Source: Prochlorococcus sp. MIT 0801 (GTDB taxonomy: Bacteria > Cyanobacteriota > Cyanobacteriia > PCC-6307 > Cyanobiaceae). From it: a stretch of 32,000 nt of DNA. The notes beneath the pieces were generated by a model that did no database searches, was not told where the DNA came from, and saw only the letters and a list, made by a program, of their open reading frames with translations. The position numbers and the translations under genes were made by a program. Location: positions 1,890,001 through 1,922,000 of the forward strand of contig NZ_CP007754.1 in the NCBI RefSeq assembly GCF_000757865.1, in the 5' to 3' direction. Positions 17,746 to 27,134 of the stretch are shown one piece after another. Within the stretch, counting starts at the first letter, position 1, and each line of letters begins with the position of its first letter.

Positions 17746-19056
17746 TACTTTATTAAACTGTTTTAATGAATTATTGAAGCTCGTAGAATTATAAATCATA
17801 CATCTAAGACCTATCAATAATATCCAACCTAAGATATTTATTCTGCTATCAAAAAGTGGAATGTCTGTCGCATGAAAACAAATAAGAATTAATGTCGAGG
17901 TCCACCAAGCTCGATCTACTATTATATTTTTTTGAAGATTTAAATTGTTAAATATTCTCTTGAAGGAAGAAATTAATAATAAGCTAAATACAAATATATT
18001 AATTAAAAAAGAAACTATTATACCATGACTAATTGCTAATTCTAAAGGCAAATTATGAGAGTGACCATGAGATAAACCAGTTCTTAAAGGATAAATAATT
18101 GAAAAAGCTGCTGCCCCCCAACCCAACCATGGTTTTTCAAAAATTAAGTTAAATGCTATTTTCCATTGACCAATACGCGTTGCTTCAAAAGGTCTAGTAT
18201 CAACGAATTGCATATCATTTAGTCTCATCCAAATAGATTCAGGAACAATACTTCTTGCAAATTGTTGAATCCCAAAATCAAAAAATGGTGCAACCGCAAT
18301 AATCACCGGAAGAAAGCAAATAAGCATTAAAGGAATTAACCAACTCCATGATGCTGAACCAAAAACCAATGGTAAAGCTAAAAAAATTGCACCCCAGGCG
18401 TTTCGAGAATCAGTCAAAATCATTCCTGAAATAAAAGCAATTAAAAGTGCACATGGAATAGCACGGTTTCTTCCAAGAATAAAAGGATGCAAAACGGACG
18501 CTAAACAAAATGGCCATACGCCCGATAACCATGCAGCAGCAATATTCGCGTAATCAAACAACCCAGATAATCTGCCTAACGGCTCTCCTCCTGGAGAAAT
18601 AAACCAAATTATTAAACCATCAAAAATCTGCCAAGGCCCCTCCCATCCAAGCCATAGTTGACCAAAACCTGTTATTAAAACAGGAAGACTTCCGAAGACA
18701 AGCCAAGAAGCACATTTTTTTCTTCTTTCAGGAGTAAGCAAATATGGTTGCAAGCCCCAAAAACACAAGAAGAATGGGAACCAATTAAAAAGACCAAGCC
18801 AAGCTAGCCAGCCGGTATGAGAGCGAATTGAACCAATTATCATCAAAAAAGTTACAAGCACTAGCGGATAATTCCAATATTCCCTCCAATAGAGATCTCT
18901 TCTTTTAAGACCTCCCTCCAAAAGAGCTACAAGCAAAAATACACAAGAAATTAATGCGCTGGACGGCAAACAAAAGACACCTAACTGAAAACAAGTCCAG
19001 CCAAGATTCTCTGAAAAATTATTTTTTAAATTTAAGAAATAAGCATTATTAATCAT
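17737..19056 (-). CDS. O-antigen ligase/polymerase (Wzy_C)-like polytopic membrane protein, IctB-like
   Basis: 439-aa ORF that is very hydrophobic and Trp-rich, with at least 10 predicted TM segments. It resembles cyanobacterial IctB-type proteins. Its ATG overlaps the purU stop (ATGA at 19053-19056). Confidence 0.6.
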   Translation of the reverse strand: MINNAYFLNLKNNFSENLGWTCFQLGVFCLPSSALISCVFLLVALLEGGLKRRDLYWREYWNYPLVLVTFLMIIGSIRSHTGWLAWLGLFNWFPFFLCFWGLQPYLLTPERRKKCASWLVFGSLPVLITGFGQLWLGWEGPWQIFDGLIIWFISPGGEPLGRLSGLFDYANIAAAWLSGVWPFCLASVLHPFILGRNRAIPCALLIAFISGMILTDSRNAWGAIFLALPLVFGSASWSWLIPLMLICFLPVIIAVAPFFDFGIQQFARSIVPESIWMRLNDMQFVDTRPFEATRIGQWKIAFNLIFEKPWLGWGAAAFSIIYPLRTGLSHGHSHNLPLELAISHGIIVSFLINIFVFSLLLISSFKRIFNNLNLQKNIIVDRAWWTSTLILICFHATDIPLFDSRINILGWILLIGLRCMIYNSTSFNNSLKQFNKVLN

Positions 19057-19907
19057 GTAAATACAGCTGTTCTACCTCTATAAACAATAACTTGTCTTTT
19101 TAAATGTAATCTTAAAGCTCTTGCTAAAGCGACTCGCTCCAAATCTCTACCCTTTCTTATTAAATCTGATACTTCATCACGATGACTCACGTTAGATATC
19201 GTCTGTTCAATTATCGGACCAGCATCAAGATCCTTAGTGACATAATGCGCTGTTGCACCAATTAATTTTACTCCTCTATCCCAAGCTTGATGATATGGTT
19301 GAGCCCCTTTAAAAGCAGGAAGGAAAGAATGATGAATATTAATGAGATGTGGAAACTTCTCTAAAAATGAACTACTTAAAATTTGCATATATTTAGCCAA
19401 AACACCTAAATCAATGTTGTACTCATTTAGTAAATCTAAAATTTTACTTTCGGAATCTGCTTTATTATTTTTATCTACTTCTATAAGCTTAAAAGGAATA
19501 GAGAAACTGGAGCAAATTTCCTCTAAATCTGTATGATTTGAGATAACTAAAGGTACATTCATACATAATTCGCCTGCCTTAACTCTCCATAAAAGATCAA
19601 CTAAACAATGGCTCTGCTTACTAACAAAGATTGCAACATTAGGAAAATCATCAGAGAAGCTCAAGACCGCTTTTCCATTCAATCTTTGCTCAAGTAAATT
19701 TACCTCCGAGATAATTTCATTTTTATCAAGCAGAAATCCATCTAAATCCCACTCAATGCGACTGAGAAACAGTTTTGCATCTTCATCTGTATGGTGATCA
19801 GCATGTCTAATATTGCCATTTTTACTTGCTATCCAACTTGCCAAATCACTTACAAGTCCTGGCTTGTCAGGACAAATGAACTGCAAAATAACTGTTTTGA
19901 TGCTCAC
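19053..19907 (-). CDS. purU: formyltetrahydrofolate deformylase
   Basis: 284 aa. It has an N-terminal ACT domain (ILQFICPDKPGLVSDLASWI) and a formyltransferase domain (NIHHSFLPAFKGAQPYHQA). Confidence 0.9.
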   Translation of the reverse strand: MSIKTVILQFICPDKPGLVSDLASWIASKNGNIRHADHHTDEDAKLFLSRIEWDLDGFLLDKNEIISEVNLLEQRLNGKAVLSFSDDFPNVAIFVSKQSHCLVDLLWRVKAGELCMNVPLVISNHTDLEEICSSFSIPFKLIEVDKNNKADSESKILDLLNEYNIDLGVLAKYMQILSSSFLEKFPHLINIHHSFLPAFKGAQPYHQAWDRGVKLIGATAHYVTKDLDAGPIIEQTISNVSHRDEVSDLIRKGRDLERVALARALRLHLKRQVIVYRGRTAVFT

Positions 19908-19969
19908 TATAGCTATATCCTTAAACTATTCTCTTTTTTAGACCACAGATTGAAAATTAACAAGCAAAT

Positions 19970-21094
19970 TTGATAGGATCTCTGCAAATGAATAGCCAAA
20001 AAACAGAAAAAAAACACATCAAAATCTCAATTATTGGTGGTGGGATAGCAGGAATTACAACTGCCTTTCACTTAGGGAAAAAAGGTTATCAAGTAAATTT
20101 AATAGACCCAACATTAAATTCAGAAATAAATAATTTAAATCCAAAAAATGGATCACAAGCTAGTTTAGGTGTTCTCATGGGAAATATCTACAAAAGATCA
20201 AAAGGAAGAGCTTTTTTACTAAGAAATAAAAGTATGAAATTATGGAAAGAATGGCTTACTGAAATAAACCATTCTGAGACAGATTTTATTCTTGAAAAAC
20301 CATTAATTAAATTAGCAAGTTCAGAGAAAGAGTATCAATTAATGATTGAATTAAGTCATAATAAAAAAAAGTATGGAATTGAGCTTTTAGATAAAAATTC
20401 TTTAGGTTTCTGGAATTCGATATTTGATACAACCTTAATAGGGGGATTAATATCTTATGAAGATGGTCGATTAAATCCGATAAAATTAATCAAGTCATTG
20501 ATACAAAGTCTTGATCAAATTAAGATAAATAAAATCGACAAAAGTGTTATTAGAATCAGTAGAAATAAAAATTTAAATGAAAAAAACTGGACTATAAATC
20601 TTGACAATAATCAATCTATTAATCAAGATTACATCGTCATTTGTTCTGCATTAAATACTCAAAATTTATTAAAACCATTAGGTCATGAAATACTTTTAGA
20701 ACCAATATTAGGACAAGTTGTTGAATTAGAATTAAAAAAAGAAATTTCGAATTGGAAAAAATGGCCTGCAATATTAAATTATCAATCTATAAACTTTATA
20801 CACCATTCTCCCACTCGCATTCTTATAGGAGCAACTATCGAAAGAAGAACTAAACCAAGCCAATTAGATAAGCAAAAAATGTTAAACCTGAGAAACGGTC
20901 CTCCAAAATGGATGGTCAACGCAAAAATCAGCCATGAATGGAGCGGAATAAGAGCTAGACCAATTAATGAACCTGCTCCCTTATTAAAACAATTAGAACC
21001 TGGACTACTACTTAATACAGGTCACTACAGAAATGGTGTTTTATTAGCTCCTGCTTGTGCCGAATGGATTGGACTTCAAATTGAGGGCCAATAA
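19970..21094 (+). CDS. thiO: FAD-dependent oxidoreductase, glycine oxidase (ThiO)-like
   Basis: It has the dinucleotide-binding motif ISIIGGGIAGITTAFHLGKKG and a C-terminal GHYRNGVLLAPACAEWI typical of the ThiO/DAO family. The track start is TTG 19970; the likely ATG is at 19988 (MNSQKTEKK). Confidence 0.6.
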   Translation: MIGSLQMNSQKTEKKHIKISIIGGGIAGITTAFHLGKKGYQVNLIDPTLNSEINNLNPKNGSQASLGVLMGNIYKRSKGRAFLLRNKSMKLWKEWLTEINHSETDFILEKPLIKLASSEKEYQLMIELSHNKKKYGIELLDKNSLGFWNSIFDTTLIGGLISYEDGRLNPIKLIKSLIQSLDQIKINKIDKSVIRISRNKNLNEKNWTINLDNNQSINQDYIVICSALNTQNLLKPLGHEILLEPILGQVVELELKKEISNWKKWPAILNYQSINFIHHSPTRILIGATIERRTKPSQLDKQKMLNLRNGPPKWMVNAKISHEWSGIRARPINEPAPLLKQLEPGLLLNTGHYRNGVLLAPACAEWIGLQIEGQ

Positions 21095-21110
21095 GTATTA
21101 TTTAATCTAT

Positions 21111-23003
21111 TTATTTTGTCTCTGTAAAGTCAGCATCAATAACATCATCTCCATCAACTTTACCGTCAGTATTAGAATCTGCAGCAGCTTGAGAAGCATC
21201 ATTTGCTTGTTGATATACAGAAGCTCCTAACGAATACAATTCTTGTTGTAGCTCTTCAACTAGCGTCTTCATGGTTTCATGATCATCTTTTTCAGTGGCT
21301 TCTTTTAACTTGACGCGTTTCTCTTCAACTTTTTCTTTTGCTGCTTCATCAACTTTATCGCCAAGCTCAGCGATTTGTTTTTCAGCCTGATAAACAAGTG
21401 TTTCAGCTTGATTTTTAATATCAATTTTTTCACGCTTTTCTTTATCAGCAGAAGCATTCTTTTCTGCGTCTTTAACCATTTTATCAACTTCATTATCCGA
21501 CAAAGTAGATGCTCCAGTAATAGAGATGCTTTGCTCTTTACCACTTCCTTTATCTTTTGCATTAACACTAAGAATTCCATTAGCATCGATATCAAAAGTT
21601 ACTTCAATTTGCGGCACGCCCCTAGGAGCAGGAGGAATTCCATCTAAACGAAATGTTCCTAGACTTTTATTATCAGAAGCCATCTCACGTTCTCCTTGTA
21701 AGACGTGAATTTCCACATTGGTTTGACCATCAACTGCGGTTGAATAAGTTTCAGCTTTTTTAGTGGGAACAGTAGTATTTCTTGAAATCATTTTTGTCAT
21801 CACCCCACCCAAAGTTTCAACTCCAAGTGACAATGGAGTTACATCAAGTAGCAAAATATCTTTAACTTCTCCGGCAAGAACTCCACCTTGAATAGCTGCT
21901 CCAACCGCTACTACTTCATCTGGATTAACTGTTTGATTTGGATCCTTAGTAGTTACTCTTTTTACTAACTCTTTAACAGCTGGCATTCGTGTAGAGCCTC
22001 CAACCATAACAATCTCATCTATTTCACCAGTAGATAATTTTGCATCTTTCAAAGCTTGCTCAACAGGGACCCTGCAGCGATCAATAAGGTTTGACGCCAA
22101 CTCTTCAAACTTTCCTCTTGTAAGAGTCAAATCAAGATGCTTAGGCCCTTCAGGCGTAGCAGTTATAAATGGAAGATTTATTTCGCTTTGAGTAGCGTTT
22201 GATAATTCTATTTTAGCTTTTTCAGCTGCTTCAGTTAGGCGTTGAAGTGCTTGCTTATCTTGGCGTAAATCAATGCCTTCATTACCTTTAAAAGTAGAAG
22301 CCAAATGATCAACAATTACTCTATCGAAATCATCACCACCCAAATGAGTATCTCCAGAAGTAGAGAGAACTTCGAAAACTCCATCTCCCACTTCTAAAAC
22401 AGATACATCAAAGGTCCCTCCACCCAGATCGAAAACTAAAATTCTTTCATTACTCTTTTTATCTAAACCGTACGCTAAAGCAGCAGCAGTTGGTTCATTT
22501 ATTATTCTAAGAACTTCTAAGCCTGCAATCTTTCCAGCATCTTTAGTTGCTTGTCTTTGTGAATCATTGAAGTAAGCAGGAACTGTAATGACGGCTTGAG
22601 TAACCGTTTCACCTAAATATTTTCCTGCATCATCAGAAAGTTTTCTTAAAACTTGAGCACTTACTTCTTCAGGAGAAAACTGCTTATCGAGTATTGGGCA
22701 TTTTATTTTGACGTTGGAACCTGCTTTTTCAACTCCATAACTAACTTCTTTTGATTCATCATTTACTTCATCAACTCTACGACCAACAAATCTCTTTGAA
22801 GAATAAAAAGTATTTTCAGGATTCATCACCGCTTGGCGCTTAGCAATTTGTCCAACCAATTGATCTTGATTTTTTGTATAAGCAACGACAGATGGAGTTG
22901 TTCTAAATCCTTCAGCATTAGCTATTACTGTAGGCTTACCGCCCTCCATAACGGCGACACAACTATTTGTAGTTCCTAGATCGATTCCGACAACCTTCCC
23001 CAT
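21111..23003 (-). CDS. dnaK: molecular chaperone DnaK (Hsp70)
   Basis: 630 aa. It has the canonical Hsp70 signatures [20 protein letters not shown] and [13 protein letters not shown]. An AGGAG Shine-Dalgarno sequence lies upstream of the ATG. Confidence 0.97.
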   Translation of the reverse strand: MGKVVGIDLGTTNSCVAVMEGGKPTVIANAEGFRTTPSVVAYTKNQDQLVGQIAKRQAVMNPENTFYSSKRFVGRRVDEVNDESKEVSYGVEKAGSNVKIKCPILDKQFSPEEVSAQVLRKLSDDAGKYLGETVTQAVITVPAYFNDSQRQATKDAGKIAGLEVLRIINEPTAAALAYGLDKKSNERILVFDLGGGTFDVSVLEVGDGVFEVLSTSGDTHLGGDDFDRVIVDHLASTFKGNEGIDLRQDKQALQRLTEAAEKAKIELSNATQSEINLPFITATPEGPKHLDLTLTRGKFEELASNLIDRCRVPVEQALKDAKLSTGEIDEIVMVGGSTRMPAVKELVKRVTTKDPNQTVNPDEVVAVGAAIQGGVLAGEVKDILLLDVTPLSLGVETLGGVMTKMISRNTTVPTKKAETYSTAVDGQTNVEIHVLQGEREMASDNKSLGTFRLDGIPPAPRGVPQIEVTFDIDANGILSVNAKDKGSGKEQSISITGASTLSDNEVDKMVKDAEKNASADKEKREKIDIKNQAETLVYQAEKQIAELGDKVDEAAKEKVEEKRVKLKEATEKDDHETMKTLVEELQQELYSLGASVYQQANDASQAAADSNTDGKVDGDDVIDADFTETK

Positions 23004-23119
23004 GGGTGAGTAGCTCCTAATTTCTTTCTTTAGGACATATCCTCGTCAGTGAATCCTATTTGAGGCGAGGCGTGGTTCCCGAACAGTCTCTTAGCAAATT
23101 TAAATCTTCATCATCAAAA

Positions 23120-24007
23120 ATGAGTACTATCACTGGAAAAACTAATCTGGTAGGACTTCTTGGACAACCAGTAAATCATTCACTGTCCCCAATTATGCAC
23201 AATGCCGCATATGCAGAAATGGGACTTGACTGGTGTTATGTTGCAATGCCTTGCGACAGTCAAGATTTAGAGAAAGTCGCAAAAGCATTAAGGTTTTTAA
23301 ACTTCAAAGGCTTAAATATAACTATTCCCCATAAGCAAGAGGTATTGAAGGCTTGCAACAAACTAACTGAAATTGCAAATGAAATCCAAGCAGTTAATAC
23401 ACTTATACCTGAAAAAAATAATCAATGGATAGGTGCTAATACTGATGTGCAGGGATTCTTGACACCATTAAAAGATCACAATTTAAAGAATAAAAATGTG
23501 GTTGTAATAGGTTGCGGAGGCAGCGCTAGAGCAGTAGTAATGGGATTAAGCAGTTTAAATGTTAAAAAAATAACAATAATTGGTAGAAACAAAAGTACTT
23601 TAAATATTTTTGTAAAAAGCACGAGTAATTTATTATCAAAAAAAGGTATTTCAATTGAAAGTATTAATAATAAAGAATTCAATGTTTCACCATATATTCA
23701 AGAAGCCGATTTAATTATAAATACAACTCCAATAGGAATGAGTAGCACTCAAACTAAACAAGACAATGTTCCTCTTGGTCATGAAATATGGGACTGTCTC
23801 TCTAACAAAACTATTTTATACGATTTGATTTATACTCCAAAACCAACAACCTGGTTAAAAATTGGACAACAAAAGAATTGTTTTACACTTGATGGGTTGG
23901 ATATGCTTGTTGAACAAGGAGCTTTTTCAATAAGACTTTGGAGTGGTTTTCATGACGTACCGGTTCAGACAATGAAATCATCTGCGGAAAAACATTTAAT
24001 GGTTTAA
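23120..24007 (+). CDS. aroE: shikimate 5-dehydrogenase
   Basis: The motifs are GLLGQPVNHSLSPIMHNAAY, NITIPHK and NTD..G, with the NADP-binding GCGGSARA. I prefer the ATG at 23120 (MSTITGK) over the track's TTG start at 23060. Confidence 0.88.
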   Translation: MSTITGKTNLVGLLGQPVNHSLSPIMHNAAYAEMGLDWCYVAMPCDSQDLEKVAKALRFLNFKGLNITIPHKQEVLKACNKLTEIANEIQAVNTLIPEKNNQWIGANTDVQGFLTPLKDHNLKNKNVVVIGCGGSARAVVMGLSSLNVKKITIIGRNKSTLNIFVKSTSNLLSKKGISIESINNKEFNVSPYIQEADLIINTTPIGMSSTQTKQDNVPLGHEIWDCLSNKTILYDLIYTPKPTTWLKIGQQKNCFTLDGLDMLVEQGAFSIRLWSGFHDVPVQTMKSSAEKHLMV

Positions 24008-24029
24008 TCTAAAATAAATATGATTAATT

Positions 24030-24488
24030 ATGCCTTCAACAGGAGCGAGATTACTAGCATTTCTTTTGTACATGATTCCATGGTCTGATTCTCTTACCTT
24101 TGGCAATCATTTATATATAAAATATCCTTTTATTCAAATCATTCAAATACCAGCAATTCCAATAATATTAATTGAAAGATCAATACCTTTTGGAAGTTTA
24201 TTATTATTTTTAGCTATCTTTTTTGGACTAGTAAGAAATAGTAAATTATCTTACTTTTTACGTTTTAATGCACTTCAATCATTATTAATGAATCTTGGGG
24301 TAATCATAATTAGTTTTATTTTCGAAATTATTTTTAGTCCTTTCTCAAACTCATTAATTATCAGAACTTTCTCTAGTTCTTTATTAATAAGTATTTTTGC
24401 AATGATTGTTTACTCTGTTTGGTCTTGCACACAAGGAAATGAGCCCAACCTGCCCGGAATAAGCCAAGCAGCAAAAATGCAATTGTGA
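24030..24488 (+). CDS. Tic20/Ycf60-like small membrane protein
   Basis: 152 aa with 4 predicted TM segments. VRNSKLSYFLRFNALQSLLMNLG resembles the conserved VRN..x..F.RFNAMQA motif of cyanobacterial Tic20 homologs. Confidence 0.55.
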   Translation: MPSTGARLLAFLLYMIPWSDSLTFGNHLYIKYPFIQIIQIPAIPIILIERSIPFGSLLLFLAIFFGLVRNSKLSYFLRFNALQSLLMNLGVIIISFIFEIIFSPFSNSLIIRTFSSSLLISIFAMIVYSVWSCTQGNEPNLPGISQAAKMQL

Positions 24489-24503
24489 AAGTTACCACTT
24501 CAG

Positions 24504-24509
24504 TATAAT
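24504..24509 (+). promoter_or_regulatory. candidate -10 element (TATAAT) upstream of rpsF
   Basis: A perfect TATAAT lies 55 nt upstream of the rpsF ATG. There is only a weak -35 (TTGTGA, 15-nt spacer). It is a pattern match only. Confidence 0.3.
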
Positions 24510-24564
24510 ATTAATATTCCGTCGCTCTAAAAGAGCCATACAGTCCTAGTCGGAAATCTCATTC

Positions 24565-24981
24565 ATGTCTGAAAAACCCTATTACGAAACGATGTACATT
24601 CTTCGTCCGGACATACCGGAAGAGGAAGTTGATAGCCATTTAAAAAAATATAGTGAGATTCTTGAGAAATCAGGAACTGAAGTATTAGACAGTCAAATGA
24701 GAGGCAAAAGAAGACTTGCTTATCCCATTGCAAAACACAAAGAGGGAATATATGTGCAATTGAGTCACAAAGGCAATGGACAACAAGTTGCAACATTAGA
24801 AAGAGCTATGAGGTTAAGTGAAGACGTTATTCGCTACCTCACAGTTAAACAAGATGGTCCTTTGCCAACTCCAAAATCCACTGCTAAAGAAGACGAAACA
24901 GAAAAAGAAGAAGTAAAACCTACTGAAAACAAAACTGAAGCCCCTACCACAGACGAGAAGAAAGAAGACTCTAAGGAATAA
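24565..24981 (+). CDS. rpsF: 30S ribosomal protein S6 with a Lys/Glu/Thr-rich C-terminal tail
   Basis: The N-terminus [16 protein letters not shown]....[10 protein letters not shown] is the S6 signature. The last 40 or so residues are a low-complexity acidic/basic tail. Confidence 0.93.
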   Translation: MSEKPYYETMYILRPDIPEEEVDSHLKKYSEILEKSGTEVLDSQMRGKRRLAYPIAKHKEGIYVQLSHKGNGQQVATLERAMRLSEDVIRYLTVKQDGPLPTPKSTAKEDETEKEEVKPTENKTEAPTTDEKKEDSKE

Positions 24982-25017
24982 AAGTAAAAGCTAAATAAAA
25001 TCCAAAAATTATTTAAT

Positions 25018-26220
25018 TTACTTGTTTATCCAAGACCAAATTCGATTGGGCAATCCCCATACATAAATAAATCCTTCAGCTGATTTGTGATTAAACTTAT
25101 CCTCACTTCCGTAAGTCGACATATCTGAGATATACAAACTGTTTTCTTTTGACTTGCGACCAATAACATCAGCATTACCCTTGAAAAGCCTAACTCTGAC
25201 TGTTCCATTTACTTGCTTTTGAGAATAATTAATAAAGCCATCCAAAGATTCTTTTAAAGGACTAAACCAGAAACCTTTATAAACCAAGTCAGCCCACTGT
25301 CTTTCCAGTCTAGATTTAGTATCTAACAAGTCAGCTGGTAAAGTTAAACTCTCCATTTCTTGATGAGCTTTAATTAATAAAAGCAATCCTGGTGTTTCAT
25401 AAATTTCTCGACTTTTTATTCCCACTACTCTGTCTTCAATAATATCCAACCGTCCAAAACCATGCTTTCCTGCGAGGCTATTAGCCTTTTTAATCAATGG
25501 CACTGGATCCATTAGTTCACCATCAATTGCAACTGGATAACCATTTTCAAACAAAATGTCCACAATCTCAGGCTCGTTAGGTGATTCAGCAATAGAAGAA
25601 GTGATACCAAATACTTCTTCTAATGGCATCTCAAAGGGATCTTCAAGCGGACCGGCTTCAATACTTCTTCCCAAAAGATTCAAATCAATAGAGTATGGAT
25701 TTTTTTTACTTACAGGAGGGACTATTCCATATTTTTCCCCATACGCAATCGTTTCTTCACGACTCATTCCCCATTCCCTCGCTGGCGTAAGCAATTGCAA
25801 ATCAGGCGCTAAAGCTCCTATTGTCACATCAAAACGAACCTGATCATTGCCTTTGCCTGTACACCCATGAGCAACTCCATCAGCATTTAATTCCCTTGCA
25901 ATTTCAACAAGTTTTTTTGCAATTAATGGTCTAGCTAATGCCGTTGAAAGAGGATATCTTCCCTGATACAAAGCATTAGTCCTAATTGCTGGAAAAGCAA
26001 AATCTTCAATAAAAGGCTTTACTAAATCGCCAATTAATGATTTTGAGGCTCCTGCTGAAATAGCCTTTTTTTTAATTTCATCCAACTCATCACCTTGTCC
26101 AAGATCTGCTGCAAAAGCAATTACATGCTCAACTCCGTACTCCTTCTTCAAATAAGGAATACAAACGCTAGTATCTACCCCTCCTGAATAAGCCAAAACG
26201 ACTTTGTTAGCCTTTCCCAT
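25018..26220 (-). CDS. argG: argininosuccinate synthase
   Basis: It has the ATP-pyrophosphatase motif [13 protein letters not shown] prefer the ATG at 26220 (MGKANK), which is preceded by AAGGAG about 9 nt upstream, over the track's TTG at 26247. Confidence 0.93.
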   Translation of the reverse strand: MGKANKVVLAYSGGVDTSVCIPYLKKEYGVEHVIAFAADLGQGDELDEIKKKAISAGASKSLIGDLVKPFIEDFAFPAIRTNALYQGRYPLSTALARPLIAKKLVEIARELNADGVAHGCTGKGNDQVRFDVTIGALAPDLQLLTPAREWGMSREETIAYGEKYGIVPPVSKKNPYSIDLNLLGRSIEAGPLEDPFEMPLEEVFGITSSIAESPNEPEIVDILFENGYPVAIDGELMDPVPLIKKANSLAGKHGFGRLDIIEDRVVGIKSREIYETPGLLLLIKAHQEMESLTLPADLLDTKSRLERQWADLVYKGFWFSPLKESLDGFINYSQKQVNGTVRVRLFKGNADVIGRKSKENSLYISDMSTYGSEDKFNHKSAEGFIYVWGLPNRIWSWINK

Positions 26221-26351
26221 ATGGTTCTCTCCTTTAAGGTGATTCAATTCTATTTAGTAAATATAGAGAACTATTGGACAATATTTATGATTTAGAGAAT
26301 CAATGCTGATTCAAATATTTTACAGGTTTAAAACTGGAGAAGTGATTGAAA

Positions 26352-26564
26352 TCATTCCCATGGCTGCTTAATAGATTTTCCTGATTGACGGCTTTCATTT
26401 AAGAATCCTATGAACCACACCGAAACAAAAGCTAAAGAAGTTAACCCAAAAAAAACAAGTACATAAATTAACCAAGCATCAATATTATGACCAAAAATCA
26501 ACAAATCTTGGACATCATTATTAGTAGTGAAAATAAAATAAAACTGTAAAAACTTAAAAGTCAC
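26352..26564 (-). CDS. small hypothetical membrane protein (70 aa, about 2 TM)
   Basis: The ORF has a hydrophobic profile and starts with GTG. It is tandem with 26578-26784 on the same strand. I recognise no family. Confidence 0.4.
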   Translation of the reverse strand: MTFKFLQFYFIFTTNNDVQDLLIFGHNIDAWLIYVLVFFGLTSLAFVSVWFIGFLNESRQSGKSIKQPWE

Positions 26565-26577
26565 TTGAAAATCACAA

Positions 26578-26784
26578 TTAAATTGAAGGGTTTAAAGAAA
26601 AAGATCTCTTAACCAAAAAATAAATTAAAAGCAACAGAGAAGGACCAAAAACCAAAAACCAAACTAAGAGATGATTTACGTAAAAGGGATGAGGATGAGC
26701 AATGCCTGCTGCGCGAAGAGAAATACTTACTAAAAAAGCTATTAACCAAGTCAAAGACATTAATATCAGCTTTGAAGTCAGCAT
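26578..26784 (-). CDS. small hypothetical membrane protein (68 aa, 2 TM)
   Basis: The ORF starts with ATG and has two clear hydrophobic segments. I recognise no family. Confidence 0.45.
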   Translation of the reverse strand: MLTSKLILMSLTWLIAFLVSISLRAAGIAHPHPFYVNHLLVWFLVFGPSLLLLIYFLVKRSFSLNPSI

Positions 26785-26842
26785 AAAGATTAGAAAATTA
26801 ATCCATAATGCATTATGTTAATTCATCGACCATAATATTGAT

Positions 26843-27118
26843 ATGAGCGATCTAGAAAAAATCAATTTATCAGATTTAGACGGTATTAACCCCGCGCTAA
26901 CTCGTTACGGGAGAGAAGAACCTGCTCCTGTTCTGCCACTAAGAGAAGAACCCGATTTATTATCTTGGCTAGAAACAAGTGGAAGATTAGTCTCTGATCA
27001 AGATTCAAATGATCAAGAAATAAGTACAGTTGAGGAAGAAGAGCTTTCAGCTTTAATGGGAGAAAAAGAAGACTATAAGACTGAAGAAGAACCAACCGAT
27101 GAAGAATGGGAAGATTAA
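26843..27118 (+). CDS. small acidic conserved-hypothetical protein (possibly the cyanobacterial DUF3134 type)
   Basis: 91 aa. NPALTRYGREEPAPVLPLREEPDLLSWLETSGRLVS resembles, from memory, a conserved cyanobacterial small-protein motif. The C-terminus is highly acidic. It ends 16 nt upstream of mraY. Confidence 0.5.
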   Translation: MSDLEKINLSDLDGINPALTRYGREEPAPVLPLREEPDLLSWLETSGRLVSDQDSNDQEISTVEEEELSALMGEKEDYKTEEEPTDEEWED

Positions 27119-27134
27119 TTTACTAGTTTAAATT

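Noticed and set aside
19342-19973. Plus-strand ORFs 19342-19536 and 19791-19973.
   Set aside because: They lie antisense to purU or spill into the purU/thiO spacer. They lack motifs, and purU on the minus strand is unambiguous.
21305-21708. Lys-rich ORFs 21305-21595 (-), 21375-21647 (+) and 21526-21708 (+) within dnaK.
   Set aside because: They are alternate-frame or antisense readings of the charged C-terminal region of dnaK, and their low-complexity sequence is an artefact of the codon composition there.
23020-23075. A relatively GC-rich imperfect inverted repeat (cctcgtca...tgaggcgagg) in the dnaK/aroE divergent spacer could be a heat-shock operator.
   Set aside because: It does not match CIRCE (TTAGCACTC-N9-GAGTGCTAA) or any operator I can name. 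The stem is interrupted, so it may simply be 5' UTR structure.
23060-23119. N-terminal extensions implied by the track starts for aroE (23060), argG (26247), ppk (8553) and thiO (19970).
   Set aside because: Each begins at a TTG with a nearby in-frame ATG that aligns better with the family N-terminus. For argG the ATG also has a good AAGGAG SD. The extensions are probably not translated.
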